64,000 nt of DNA from an uncultured Acidobacteriota bacterium (GCA_963795735.1 CAWCIU010000008.1:1751836-1815835), one strand, 5' to 3'; counted from the first letter of the stretch, positions 16,297 to 26,571 are shown. Notes: generated by a model not told the origin, from the letters alone. Program-made: numbers and translations.

Positions 16297-19048
16297 CCGA
16301 CTGGCGGACCTTGAAGAAGTCCGCCCAGGGGTCCGAGGGGAGGGTCTCCAGGCGCTCGGGGAGGGTGCGGATGGTGTAGGTGTTGCCGCGCACTCCGGTC
16401 GCGAGCTCCTCCCAGAACAGGGGGACGGAGACCGGCGCGTTCTCCCGCGAGCGGGTGGAGTAGGCGCAGATCGAGGTGGCCCCCCGGCCGTTGCGCAGGT
16501 AGTCGATGAAGATCTTTCCCTTGCGGCTGGCCTTGGGAAGCTTCGAGGTGTACTTGGCGGGCTCCAGCGCGACCATCTTCTCGGCCACCGCTTTGGTGAA
16601 CGCCTTGACCTCGTCCCAGTCGTCCTTGCGGGTGAGGGGGAGCACCACGTGGAGCCCCTTGCCGCCGGTGGTCTTGAGGAAGGTGCGGAGGCCGAGGTCC
16701 TCCAGGAAGGCGCGCATGGCGACCGCCCCTTCGACCACCCGGTCCCAGTCCAGGCCCTCGTCGGGATCGAAGTCGAAGACCACGTAGTCCGGCTGCTCGA
16801 TCTTGTCGCGGTGCGAGCCCCAGATGTGCAGCTCCAGCACCCCCATCTGGGCCAGCGACAGCAGCCCCTCCAGGGAATCCACCGCCCCGTAGGGCTCGGG
16901 GTCTCCCACGTCCACCCGGTAGACCGCCGGCGGGAAGCGCTCGTTGACGTGCTTCTGGTAGAAGCACTGCCTGGCCCGCCCCTCGGGGCAGCGCACCAGG
17001 GTGAGCGGGCGGTTGGCGAGGTGGGGGAGGATCCAGTCGGCGATCCGGGCGTAGTAGTTTCCCAGCTCCCCCTTGGTCACCCCCTGCTCGGGGTAGAGCA
17101 CCTTGTCGGGATTGCTGAAGCGCACCCCGGAAATCTCGATCTCCCGATTCTTGCTCCGCCCGGTGGTGGGAACGGCCACCTCCTCGGGAGCCGGATGAAG
17201 CGCCGGCTTCGAGCCCTTGGGAAGAGATCCCTTGGGAAGCGCCGTCTTCTTCCCCGCAGTCTTTTTTGTTTTCCCTGCCGTCCCTGCCGTCCCTGGCGTC
17301 CCTTTCGTCTCTTTGGCCTTTTTCGCACCGCCGCCGGTCTCCGCCGGCAGCTCCTGAGGATTCTCGCGCACGATCTCCTCCGGTCGTTTGTCCTCGCGCA
17401 GCCCCTGGAAGGTGGGGTGGCGGAGGATGCCCTCGCGGGTCCATTCGGTGAAGGCCACCTCGCCGACCAGCTGCGGCTTCAGCCAGTGGCTGCGGCGGGC
17501 CTCGGCGCCGCGCGGGGCGTTCTGGAAGGCCGGCTTCGGGACCTCCAGCTTGTCCATCCGGGCGCGCATCTCGCGCAGGGTGCGGTCGTTGAAGCCGGTG
17601 CCGACCTTGCCGGCGTAGAGGAGCCCCCCCGCGGGATCGTTGACGGCGAGGAGAAGGGCGCCGAAGCCGACGCGGGACTTCTCCGGATCGGTGAAGCCCA
17701 CGATGGCGAATTCCTGGCGCTTCAGGCACTTCACCTTGACCCAGTCCTTGCCGCGGCCGGAGCGGTAGGGGGCGTTGGCGCGCTTGGAGACGATCCCCTC
17801 CAGGGCGAAGTTGCAGGCGTGGCGGTAGAACTCCACCCCGTCCCCCGAGATGTGGTCCCCCATGCGGATGGAGCCCTTGCGATCGGCCAGAAGCCCGGTC
17901 AGCGCCCGCTTGCGTTCGAGGAGAGGGGCCTGGCGCAGGTCGTAGCCGTCCAGGTAGAGCAGGTCGAAGGCGAAGTAGACGAGGTCGTCCTGGCGGTTCT
18001 CCGACAGGGCGTTCTGGAGGGCCTGGAAGCTGGAGGTGCCGTCCGGCTCCAGCACCACCACCTCGCCGTCGAGGATCGCCTGGCGGGCGGGGAGCTTCGC
18101 GGCCTCGCCGGCCACCGGCAGGAAGCGGTCGGTCCAGTCCTGGCCGCTGCGGGTGAGCAGCCGGGCCTCGCCGTCGCGGATCTCGCAGAGGGCGCGGTAG
18201 CCGTCGTACTTGATCTCGTGGATCCACTCCCCCTCGCGCGGCACCGCCTCGACCAGGGTGGCGAGCTGGGGCTCGGTCTCCGAGGGCATCGCGGCCTTGC
18301 GGGCGCCCGGCACCTGGGAGGGATCGAAGCCGGTGGCGGCGGGTTCCGGCTTCTTCTTGGCCGCGGGTTTCTTCGCTGTCTTCTTGGCGGCGGCCTTGGA
18401 AACCTTCGCCGCCTTCGCCGCGATACTGTCCTTGAAGCTGGCGGTCTTCTCGGCCCGGTTGGATTCCCAAACGTGCTCGGGGTCGGCGGCGATCTCCTCC
18501 AGGCTCAAGCCCGTCTCGACGCTGTTGGGGTACTGCTCGACCACGGCGTCGGCGCTGCCGGGCACGGCGGTCTCGTCCTTCTCCTTGATCAGGAGCCAGT
18601 TCTCGTGCTCGCCCTCCTGGTTCCGGGCCCCCATGCGCACCAGGGCCCAGTTGCCGTGCAGCTTCTCGCCGTCGAGCCGGAACTTGAGGTTGCCCTTCTT
18701 GTAGGCGGCGACCGGGTCTCCCACCGGGGTCCAGGTGCCGCGGTCCCAGAGCAGCACGGTGCCGCCGCCGTACTGCCCCTTGGGGATGATCCCCTCGAAG
18801 CCGCCGTAGTCGAGCGGATGGTCCTCGACGTGGACCGCCAGCCGCTTCTCGCCGGGATCGAGGCTCGGCCCCTTGGGCACGGCCCAGCTCCGCAGCACCC
18901 CCTCCATCTCCAGCCGGAAGTCGTAGTGCAGGCGGGTCGCCGCGTGCTTCTGGATGACGAAGGAGTTGCCCTCGTCCTTTCCCACCTTCCCCTCGGGCTC
19001 GGGGGTGGCGCCGAAGTTCCGCTTCTTCTTGTATTCGGTCAGTCCCAT
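16259..19048 (-). CDS. ligD: ATP-dependent DNA ligase LigD (phosphoesterase-ligase-polymerase)
   Basis: N-terminal PE domain (HYDFRLE). Ligase KxDG motif EIKYDGYR. C-terminal Pol/primase domain. Confidence 0.9.
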   Translation of the reverse strand: MGLTEYKKKRNFGATPEPEGKVGKDEGNSFVIQKHAATRLHYDFRLEMEGVLRSWAVPKGPSLDPGEKRLAVHVEDHPLDYGGFEGIIPKGQYGGGTVLLWDRGTWTPVGDPVAAYKKGNLKFRLDGEKLHGNWALVRMGARNQEGEHENWLLIKEKDETAVPGSADAVVEQYPNSVETGLSLEEIAADPEHVWESNRAEKTASFKDSIAAKAAKVSKAAAKKTAKKPAAKKKPEPAATGFDPSQVPGARKAAMPSETEPQLATLVEAVPREGEWIHEIKYDGYRALCEIRDGEARLLTRSGQDWTDRFLPVAGEAAKLPARQAILDGEVVVLEPDGTSSFQALQNALSENRQDDLVYFAFDLLYLDGYDLRQAPLLERKRALTGLLADRKGSIRMGDHISGDGVEFYRHACNFALEGIVSKRANAPYRSGRGKDWVKVKCLKRQEFAIVGFTDPEKSRVGFGALLLAVNDPAGGLLYAGKVGTGFNDRTLREMRARMDKLEVPKPAFQNAPRGAEARRSHWLKPQLVGEVAFTEWTREGILRHPTFQGLREDKRPEEIVRENPQELPAETGGGAKKAKETKGTPGTAGTAGKTKKTAGKKTALPKGSLPKGSKPALHPAPEEVAVPTTGRSKNREIEISGVRFSNPDKVLYPEQGVTKGELGNYYARIADWILPHLANRPLTLVRCPEGRARQCFYQKHVNERFPPAVYRVDVGDPEPYGAVDSLEGLLSLAQMGVLELHIWGSHRDKIEQPDYVVFDFDPDEGLDWDRVVEGAVAMRAFLEDLGLRTFLKTTGGKGLHVVLPLTRKDDWDEVKAFTKAVAEKMVALEPAKYTSKLPKASRKGKIFIDYLRNGRGATSICAYSTRSRENAPVSVPLFWEELATGVRGNTYTIRTLPERLETLPSDPWADFFKVRQSVTAAMKKAVGMK

Positions 19049-19051
19049 GGC

Positions 19052-19971
19052 TCAGGCGCTCTTCCGCCTCTTGGTGGCGGCGGGTTTGTGCGCGGCCTTC
19101 TTGGCGGGCGCTTTCTTGGCCGGCGTTTTCTTGGCAGCGGACTTGGAGGCGGCTGCCTTGGCGGGCGCCTTGCGACCGGGCTTGCCCCCCTCCTCGACGC
19201 TCTGCTTGAGCAGGGCCATCAGGTCGATCACGTTGCTGCGGGGCGCCTTCTCCGCCTTGGCAGCGGGCTCCGGAGACTTCTCGAGCTGGCCGGCCTCGAC
19301 CCGCTTCTCGATCATCTTCATCAGGTCGTCGCGGTAGGTGTCCTTGTACTTCTCGGGGTCCCAGGCGGAGACCATCCCCTCGACCAGGCGCTCGGCCATG
19401 TCGATCTCGCGGTCGCTGACCCCCTGCTTGCCGGCGGGGACGTCGAGCTCGGAGGGGTCGCGCAGCTCGTGGGCGTAGCGCATCAGCTCGAGCGTCAGCA
19501 CGTCGCCGCGGGCCACCACGGCGGCGAGGTACTCGCGGGTACGGATCACCACCTTGGCGATACCGACCTTGCCGGTGCGGCGCAGGGTCTCGCGCAGCAG
19601 CGCGTAGGCCTTGGAACCCTTCTTGTCGGGACCCAGGTAGTAGGGCTTGTCGAAGTAGAGGGGGCTGATCTCCTCGAGGTCCACGAAGTCCACGATGTCG
19701 ATCGTCTGCGTGGCCTCGGGGGCGGCGCCCTTGAGGTCGGCGTCCGAGAGCACCACGTACTGGCCGGACTCGAACTCGTAGCCGCGGACGGTTTCGTCCC
19801 ACGGCACCTCCTTGCCGCTCTCCTCGAGACCCGCTTGTAGTGGATGGGCGACATCGTCTTCTTGTCCAGCATCTTGAAGCTGATGTCGTTGCGCGTCTCG
19901 GCCGCGTAGAGGCCGACCGGGATGTTGACGAGGCCAAAGCTGATGCTGCCCTTCCAGATCGCTCGCGCCAT
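19052..19971 (-). pseudogene. ku: Ku protein (NHEJ) with an apparent -1 frameshift (N-terminus MARAIWKGSISFGLVNIPV in one frame, remainder from PWDETVRGYEFE in another)
   Basis: The Ku N-terminus is in ORF 19546..20052 and the rest in ORF 19052..19807. The junction is near 19815-19830. Restoring one G in tcgaggagagc (to tcggaggagagc) gives ...IHYKRVSEESGKEVPWDE. Confidence 0.7.
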
Positions 19972-20050
19972 GATCCGCCCTCCGTCCGTCTCATCCGTCC
20001 GTCTCAAAAGACGGGTGGGAACGCAAGATGCATGCCTTGGAGTCTTCGTC

Positions 20051-20932
20051 ATGGGTACGATTCACTTCCTGCAGCATCTTTTTGGCCCGCATCTCCACCC
20101 GGTCTTCCTCTTCCTGACCGGTCTCGGCACCAGCGCGGTGCTCTGGCCGCTGCTCCTCCTCTATTACTGGCTGGGCGATCCGGTCTTCGCCCGGCGGCTG
20201 TCGATCGCTCTCGCGGCGTCGCTCCTCGCCAACCGGATGCTCAAGGAGCTGTTCGGCACCGCCCGCCCCTTCGAGAGCGACCGGGGGGTGAGCACGGCCT
20301 CGGCGGAGCGGACGGCCCTGGGTCACGGCTTCCCGAGCGGCCACGCGCAGAACGCCGCCACCTTCTACCTGGCCTGGGCGTTCCGTTCTCCGGGGAGACG
20401 CTGGCTGTGGGTGGCCGCGGGGGCGATCACCCTCCTGGTGGGATTGTCGCGGCTCTACCTGGGGGTGCACCTGCCGGAGGACGTGGGGGGCGGTTTCGTC
20501 CTGGGGACGATCTTCGCCTGGGCCGCGGGGGGCTGGTCCGGCCCCAGGGTCTGGAAGCGCTCCTGGGAGACCCTGGTGGGAGCGGTGACCCTCGGCCTCG
20601 CCTTTGCCGTCGGGGCGGAGCCGGGGGCCTGCGGCCTGCTCGCCGGCTGCGTCGTGGCCCGCCCGGCCTTCTCGCCGCCGCGCACCGCCCGCGGCCGGAT
20701 CGGCATCGTCCTCGGCGGCGCCCTCGCCATGGGGCTCGCCTTCGCCCTGCTCTACTGGCTGCCGGGGAAACTCGATCCCGGCCTGCGGACCTCCCCCGCG
20801 CTCGCCTATCTGCTCTATCTGCTGGCCGCCCTGGTGGGCTTCGACCTCTGGCCGCGGGTGTGGCAGTCCCTGGTGGGACGGGCGGGGCCGGAGGTTCTCG
20901 AGACTCCGCGAGCCGCTCCTGTGAGAAGCTAA
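20051..20932 (+). CDS. PAP2-family phosphatase (membrane)
   Basis: KELFGTARP, PSGH, SRLYLGVHLPEDVGGG. Multiple TM segments. Confidence 0.7.
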   Translation: MGTIHFLQHLFGPHLHPVFLFLTGLGTSAVLWPLLLLYYWLGDPVFARRLSIALAASLLANRMLKELFGTARPFESDRGVSTASAERTALGHGFPSGHAQNAATFYLAWAFRSPGRRWLWVAAGAITLLVGLSRLYLGVHLPEDVGGGFVLGTIFAWAAGGWSGPRVWKRSWETLVGAVTLGLAFAVGAEPGACGLLAGCVVARPAFSPPRTARGRIGIVLGGALAMGLAFALLYWLPGKLDPGLRTSPALAYLLYLLAALVGFDLWPRVWQSLVGRAGPEVLETPRAAPVRS

Positions 20933-20936
20933 CCCC

Positions 20937-21833
20937 ATGCGCTTCCGTCTCGCCAAGCCGGGCACGACCGGCGCCCGGGTCTACCGGGTGGATTCAGGAG
21001 TCGATTCAGGAGAGATGGAGGAGCGCCCCGACCAGCTGGCGACCGAGGAGCCGCTGGAGATCCGGCTGATCCAGAACGGACGCCGCCGCACGGTGGCGAT
21101 CACCATGCGGACGCCGGGGTCGGACCCCGAGCTGGCCCTGGGCTTCCTGTTCGCCGAAGGGGTGATCCGCCGGCGCGAGGAGGTGCGGCGGGTCGAGCCC
21201 TGCTCTGATTCCGGGCTGGGGACCGAGGCCGGCTGCGCCAACATCATCGAGGTCGAGCTGGCGGACGGCCTGCCGGAGCCCGAGCTCGCCGGGCTCGAGC
21301 GGCACTTCTTCTCCACCAGTGCCTGCGGCGTCTGCGGCAAGGCGGGGCTCGACCAGCTCACGGTGCGGGTAACGGCGGAGCTCTCGGCGGGGCCGCAGGT
21401 CTCACCCGGGATCATCGCCGGCCTGCCGGACCGTCTGCGCCAGGCCCAGGGGCTGTTCGCCACCACCGGCGGGCTCCACGCGGCGGCCCTGTTCGATCCC
21501 CTGGGCGAGCTCCTCGCCGTCCGCGAGGACGTGGGGCGCCACAACGCCCTCGACAAGCTGATCGGCTGGGCCTTCACCGAAGACCTCCTCCCCCTCTCCG
21601 ACCGCCTGGTCCTGGTGAGCGGCCGGTCGAGCTACGAGATCCTCCAGAAGTGCCTGGTGGCGGGGGTGCCGATGATCTGCGCCGTCTCCGCCCCCAGCAG
21701 CCTGGCGGTGGAGCTGGCGGAGCGCTTCGGCCTCACCCTGATCGGTTTCCTGCGCGGCGACCGCTTCAACGTCTACAGCGGCGTCGGCCGGGTGGCGGGA
21801 GTCCGGACGCGGGCCCTCCTGCCGGTGCTGTAA
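20937..21833 (+). CDS. fdhD: formate dehydrogenase accessory sulfurtransferase FdhD
   Basis: SACGVCGKAGL and VGRHNALDKLIGW motifs. ~290 aa. Confidence 0.85.
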   Translation: MRFRLAKPGTTGARVYRVDSGVDSGEMEERPDQLATEEPLEIRLIQNGRRRTVAITMRTPGSDPELALGFLFAEGVIRRREEVRRVEPCSDSGLGTEAGCANIIEVELADGLPEPELAGLERHFFSTSACGVCGKAGLDQLTVRVTAELSAGPQVSPGIIAGLPDRLRQAQGLFATTGGLHAAALFDPLGELLAVREDVGRHNALDKLIGWAFTEDLLPLSDRLVLVSGRSSYEILQKCLVAGVPMICAVSAPSSLAVELAERFGLTLIGFLRGDRFNVYSGVGRVAGVRTRALLPVL

Positions 21834-21856
21834 AAGTTTCAGCCGCGTTGGTCCCG

Positions 21857-21918
21857 TAGGGTGCGCTGCGCGCACCTTCAACGGCGGTGCCGGTGCGCGC
21901 AGCGCACCCTACGGCGTT
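21857..21918 (+). repeat. 62-bp palindromic element (21-bp perfect stem gtagggtgcgctgcgcgcacc / ggtgcgcgcagcgcaccctac), possible terminator/REP
   Basis: Read directly from the sequence. Lies immediately downstream of fdhD. A second copy is at ~23526-23590. Confidence 0.6.
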
Positions 21919-22202
21919 CTGGCATACAGGATGCATTTACCTGATCCGTGAGCCGGTCGCACGGTGAACCGGCAGCAAGCAGTACCGGGGGCGTTCCCCG
22001 AGAGACGCAAACGCAGCACGGCGCGAAAGCAGCCTTTCGCGGCCCCTCCCTGAAGGGAGGCGTCCTGAGTCCCGCCTTCGCAGGAGGGCCAGCCCGCCTC
22101 CCCCTTTTTTTGCCCGAAGGCCTGCCGCGGTCCGCCGCTCGTCGGGTGCAGGAATTGCACCTCCCTTCCCTGAGGGAAACATCCCTCCGAAAAGGAGACG
22201 AC

Positions 22203-22736
22203 ATGATGAGAACGCGAGCACTTTCCATCCTGGCCCTGGGGCTGGGAGTCGTGATGGTCCCGCTGGCCGGCTGCAACAACAATCCCGACAGCGCGGTCCA
22301 CGCGGAACGGGACGCCCAGGGCAATACCCAGGTCCACGTGAACGGACCCAAGGTCGATCAGAACGTCGACAAGGCCAACCAGGACTTCAAGGCCGCGGGC
22401 GAGCAGCTCAAGGACGGGGCCAACCAGGCCGGAGCCGCCCTCCAGCGCGGCGCCGCCAAGGTGCAGACGCAGGTGGAGACGAAGGTCGTGCCGGCCGCCC
22501 GGGAGATGCTCAACGACGCCAACATCACCGCCAAGGTGAAGACCCAGCTGGCGGGCGATCCGGCGATCAACGCCCTCTTCGTCAACGTGGACACCTCCGG
22601 CGGCCGGGTCACCCTGACCGGCAAGGTCGCCCTGGACGGGCAGAAGACCGAGGCCGAGAAGGTCGCCCGCGGCGTCGACGGCGTCAAGGACGTGGTGAAC
22701 CAGCTCCAGGTGACCGGCCAGACGCCGGCGAAGTAG
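22203..22736 (+). CDS. BON-domain lipoprotein (OsmY-like)
   Basis: Lipobox PLAGCNN. Two BON-like segments: AKVKTQLAGDPAINALFVNVDTSGGRVTLTGKV and GVDGVKDVVNQLQV. Confidence 0.65.
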   Translation: MMRTRALSILALGLGVVMVPLAGCNNNPDSAVHAERDAQGNTQVHVNGPKVDQNVDKANQDFKAAGEQLKDGANQAGAALQRGAAKVQTQVETKVVPAAREMLNDANITAKVKTQLAGDPAINALFVNVDTSGGRVTLTGKVALDGQKTEAEKVARGVDGVKDVVNQLQVTGQTPAK

Positions 22737-22877
22737 ATCGGCCCATCTTCTCTCCAGAGGAACAGGGAAGGCGCCTCGCCGCCCGGGATTGAAATCCCGG
22801 GCGATGGGCGGCGACGGTTCGGTTCCTGGCCGCCCCGCGTCGCGATATGCTCCCCGGCAACCTCGCGGAGCCCGTCC

Positions 22878-23495
22878 ATGCGCCCCTTCTTCGCCCCCTA
22901 CATCCAGAGCTTCCTGCCGCTCTTCGTGGCGATCAACCCGATGGGGATCATCCCCATCTACCTCAGCGTCACCGAGAACCTCAGCGCGGCCGACCGCCGG
23001 CGGCTGACCCTGCAGGCGATGATCACCGCCGTCGGGCTCTCGGTGCTGATCCTCTTCGCGGGGCAGCTGATCTTTTCGCTCCTCGGCATCACCGTCAACG
23101 ACCTGCGGGTGGGGGGCGGCCTGATCCTGCTGGTGCTCAGCATCTCCAACCTGATCTTCGGCGACTACCGCCGGCGCGATCCGACCGCGGGGGAGGAAGG
23201 GGAGGACCTGGCCTCGGTCGGCATCGTCCCCCTCGGCATCCCGCTGATCGTCGGCCCCGCCGCGATCACCTCGATCCTGGTCTCGCGGGAGGCCTACGGC
23301 TATCTCCCCACCCTGGCCTCGCTGATCGTCAACATGGGGCTGGTGTTCCTGACCCTGGTGGCGAGCCCCTGGGTCGGCCGCGTCACCGGCAGCGCCGGCT
23401 CGCGGGCGATCGCCAAGGTGGCGAGCCTCTTCCTGGCCGCGATCTCGGTCGCGATGATCCGCGCGGGGATCATGGGGATGATCCAGGGGAGGTAG
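22878..23495 (+). CDS. MarC-family (UPF0056) membrane protein
   Basis: LPLFVAINPMGIIPIYLSVT, typical of the MarC family. Six TM helices. Confidence 0.8.
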   Translation: MRPFFAPYIQSFLPLFVAINPMGIIPIYLSVTENLSAADRRRLTLQAMITAVGLSVLILFAGQLIFSLLGITVNDLRVGGGLILLVLSISNLIFGDYRRRDPTAGEEGEDLASVGIVPLGIPLIVGPAAITSILVSREAYGYLPTLASLIVNMGLVFLTLVASPWVGRVTGSAGSRAIAKVASLFLAAISVAMIRAGIMGMIQGR

Positions 23496-23496
23496 G

Positions 23497-23676
23497 CCCT
23501 CACCGGGAGAGGGGAAACGAACCGGCGGAGCCCGTAGGGTGCGCTGTGCGCACCTTTGAGGCCGTCCATGGTGCGCGCAGCGCACCCTACATCGAACATG
23601 GAGCGCAGCGTCCCCCTCCTCTCCCGGTGCGGGAGGGCGGGAGGGGACGGGAGAGGAGGGCCGGGGAGGTGAGGGC
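23497..23676. repeat. MITE-like element: truncated forward unit (23497-23520) and reverse unit (~23611-23676) bracketing a second copy of the 62-bp palindrome (~23526-23590)
   Basis: Sequence identity of the palindrome to 21857-21918, with one U-G-compatible change. The flanks match the dispersed ccctcacc...gggagagg family. Confidence 0.6.
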
Positions 23677-24258
23677 CTACTTCGAAGCCGTCTGCGTCTG
23701 CGCCCGCATCGCGAACGGCTGGCCGCCGTGCAGGTAGCGGTAGGGGTTGACCGCCTCGCCGGAGGGGGCGTAGATGCCGTAGTGCAGGTGGGGAGAGGAG
23801 ACGGCCGCGTTGCCCGAGTTGCCCACGTAGCCGATGATCTCGCCGGCCTCCACCCAGTCGCCGACCGCCTGCGGACCGTAGTCCTCGAGGTGGGCGTAGT
23901 AGAGACGGTAGCCGCCCGGGCCGGTGATCGTCACCACCTGGCCGCCCAGCCCCCGCATCCCCTTGTTCTCGACGAACCCCTCGGTGGCGCTGCGGATCGG
24001 CGTGTTGCGCGGGGCGAAGATGTCGATCCCCTTGTGGTGCCGCACGCCGCCGTCCCGCGCGAAGCCCCAGGTGTTCTGGAGCTGGGAGGAGGTCACGCCG
24101 TCCACCGGGATCGGCAGCGTGCCCGGCAGCCCCTGCTGGAGCAGGGTGGTGTAGCGCGTGTTGTAGCGCACGGCCGCTTCGCGGCAGCCCCCGAGCGAGA
24201 GCGAGAAGAGAACGAGAAGGGCGACGAGACCGAGGGACTGGCGACGAACCATCTCCAC
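23677..24258 (-). CDS. M23-family metallopeptidase (peptidoglycan DD-endopeptidase-like)
   Basis: HKGIDIFAP...HLHYGIYAP motifs. Signal peptide. Confidence 0.8.
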   Translation of the reverse strand: MEMVRRQSLGLVALLVLFSLSLGGCREAAVRYNTRYTTLLQQGLPGTLPIPVDGVTSSQLQNTWGFARDGGVRHHKGIDIFAPRNTPIRSATEGFVENKGMRGLGGQVVTITGPGGYRLYYAHLEDYGPQAVGDWVEAGEIIGYVGNSGNAAVSSPHLHYGIYAPSGEAVNPYRYLHGGQPFAMRAQTQTASK

Positions 24259-24453
24259 CTCCTGGGGAATGCGGGCTCCTCGGGAACCCGTTCCGTTTTG
24301 CAGCAGACGATCAGGGACGGCGAGCCTCAGGCCTCAGGGCCGGGAATCCAGCCGCGGGGGTCCAGCTCAGCCAAAAAAACGTTCCGCCATCATTCGTGGG
24401 AAGATCCTAACCCAAAACGGGGCGAATTGTAGCGAAACGAGAAATATGGTGAA

Positions 24454-25467
24454 ATGACAAGAATCCGCCCCATGAACCTGGCGATAATCCGTGCCCTGGC
24501 GCTCCTCCTGATTCTGCTTTCCGGCGCCTTGGCGGCTCCGGCCCAGGAGCCTCCACGGGTTCCCCCCCAAGGGATCGCTCCCCAGCTCCTTGCCCCCCAG
24601 GTCATCGTGGAGGCCGCGCCCGGGCTGGAGGGGGTGGCGGCCCGGCTGCGCGGGATCGATCCGGCGCGTCTGGCGAGCGCCGTCCGCCTGGTGGGATTGA
24701 AGGCGCCGGGGCCGCCCATCCGGGTGATGCTGGCCCCCGAGGGGAGCGCGGCGGCGGCCGCCGTGCCGCCCTGGGTCTCCGGCTACGCCCTGGGAGACCA
24801 GGGATTGATCGTGCTCCTCCCCGGGCGGGTCCCGAGCTACCCCGACTCCTCGCTCTCGGACCTCCTCGCCCACGAGGTGACCCACGTGCTGATCGCCCGG
24901 GCGGCCGGAGGGGGGGACCTGCCGCGCTGGTTCCACGAGGGGCTGGCGATGATCGCCGGCCTCTCCTGGGGGATCGAGGACCGCTCCCGGCTGACCCTCG
25001 CCCTGCTGGTGGACCGGCCGATCTCGCTCGGCGAGCTCGACCAGCGCTTCGCGGGCGGCCAGGGGGAGGTCAACCGCGCCTACGCAGTGGCGGGCGCCTT
25101 CGTGCGCGACCTCTTCGACCGCTACGGCCGGCAGGTCGCCGCCCGCATCCTCCAGGGGGTGGCCCGCGGCCTCCCCTTCGACCAGGCCTTCCAGGCCGCC
25201 ACGGGAACGCCGCTCGCCGAGGCCGCTTCCGCGTTCTGGGACCGCCAGACCTTCTGGTACCGCTGGGTGCCCATCGTCACCAGCTCGGTCACCCTGTGGC
25301 TGGCCGTCACCCTGCTCGCCTTGTGGGCCATCCAGCGGCGGCGGGCGCGCGACGCCGCCCAGCGGCGGGTCTGGGACGAGGAGGAGGAGCGGCTGCGGCT
25401 GGCGGCGGAAGAGAGGGCCCGCGCCCTCGCCCAGGCCCAGGCCGAGAGCGGTGAATGGGTGAATTGA
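24454..25467 (+). CDS. peptidase MA-like zinc metalloprotease with C-terminal TM anchor
   Basis: HEVTHV...E zinc-binding motif. Signal peptide and a C-terminal hydrophobic helix. Confidence 0.45.
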   Translation: MTRIRPMNLAIIRALALLLILLSGALAAPAQEPPRVPPQGIAPQLLAPQVIVEAAPGLEGVAARLRGIDPARLASAVRLVGLKAPGPPIRVMLAPEGSAAAAAVPPWVSGYALGDQGLIVLLPGRVPSYPDSSLSDLLAHEVTHVLIARAAGGGDLPRWFHEGLAMIAGLSWGIEDRSRLTLALLVDRPISLGELDQRFAGGQGEVNRAYAVAGAFVRDLFDRYGRQVAARILQGVARGLPFDQAFQAATGTPLAEAASAFWDRQTFWYRWVPIVTSSVTLWLAVTLLALWAIQRRRARDAAQRRVWDEEEERLRLAAEERARALAQAQAESGEWVN

Positions 25468-25473
25468 CCGCCC

Positions 25474-26547
25474 TCAGATCTCCATCCGCGACACCAGGTC
25501 GCTGCTCGACCGCGTCACGTCCTCCCAGCGCCACCCCTCCTCCTCGACCAGGCCGAAGAGGAGCCGCCGGCGGTCGATCAGGGAGTCCAGGGCCAGCTTG
25601 AACTCTTCGTCCTTCACGGTGACGATCCCCGCTTCCCGCAGCGGGTCGAGGAGGGGCGAGGGCGGCGGGTTCCACGTCGGCTCGAGATGCGCCTCCGCCA
25701 GGGTCGAGAGGAACTCGGCGATCGCCTGGCGGAGGGGATAGAACGCTCCCCGGTCCGGCCGCTGCTCGGGGCAGACGCCGGCGAAGAGGGTGATCGCCTC
25801 GTCCAGCACGGCGATGCTCGGCGCCAGCGCCGTCTCCCGCGTGCTGCTGTGGACGCAGTGCAGGACGGGGTAGGCCAGGTGCCCCTGGCCGACCGACATC
25901 ATCGGCTCCGTCAGGGCGATCAGATGGTCCGGCAGCAGCCCGAAGCTGGAGCCGTTCCAGGCGCGCAGCAGGATCTCGTGCGGCGTGCGGCCCAGGGCCG
26001 TGATGTAGACCGCCAGCCGCCGCCGCTCGAGCTCGGCGCCGACGATCGGCAGCAGGTAGGTGATGATCAGGCTGACCAGCGAAAACCCGTTGGCGGCGGC
26101 GGCCAGGGTCACCAGCCGCCAGCCCGGGCTCCCGGGCCGGAATTCGGCGACGCCCAGGGTGATGATCGAGCAGCCCGCGAAGTAGGCCCGGTCCCAGAAC
26201 CCCGCCGGCTGGCCGCTCACCATTCCGACGACGGAGCGGGCCTCGCTGAGGAAGATCAGCGTCCAGCCGATCCAGACCAGGAAGACCCAGAGCACGACCG
26301 TGAACAGCACGATGAAGAACCCGAGCACCGCCAGCGCCCGGTGCGACCGGGTCACGCGCGTGGCGAGCTTCCAGAGCCCGTTGGTCACCCAGGCGGTGAT
26401 CGGCCCCCCGCTGGTGAGGCGCAGGGTGGTCCACAGGACGTCGTAGATGGTGACCAGCAGGACGCCGATGCCGAGGAGACTCAAGATGATGCGCACGCCC
26501 GCACTCTCCCTTCCCAAAGGGAGCGTCAGCAGCACGCGGCGTGCCAC
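25474..26547 (-). CDS. two-TM pore ion-channel-like membrane protein (Ion_trans_2-like)
   Basis: TM / pore-helix YFAGCSIITLGVAEF / TM arrangement, followed by a cytoplasmic domain. Weak assignment. Confidence 0.4.
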   Translation of the reverse strand: MARRVLLTLPLGRESAGVRIILSLLGIGVLLVTIYDVLWTTLRLTSGGPITAWVTNGLWKLATRVTRSHRALAVLGFFIVLFTVVLWVFLVWIGWTLIFLSEARSVVGMVSGQPAGFWDRAYFAGCSIITLGVAEFRPGSPGWRLVTLAAAANGFSLVSLIITYLLPIVGAELERRRLAVYITALGRTPHEILLRAWNGSSFGLLPDHLIALTEPMMSVGQGHLAYPVLHCVHSSTRETALAPSIAVLDEAITLFAGVCPEQRPDRGAFYPLRQAIAEFLSTLAEAHLEPTWNPPPSPLLDPLREAGIVTVKDEEFKLALDSLIDRRRLLFGLVEEEGWRWEDVTRSSSDLVSRMEI

Positions 26548-26571
26548 CGTCGGCCGGCTTCGCCTCGCCCG

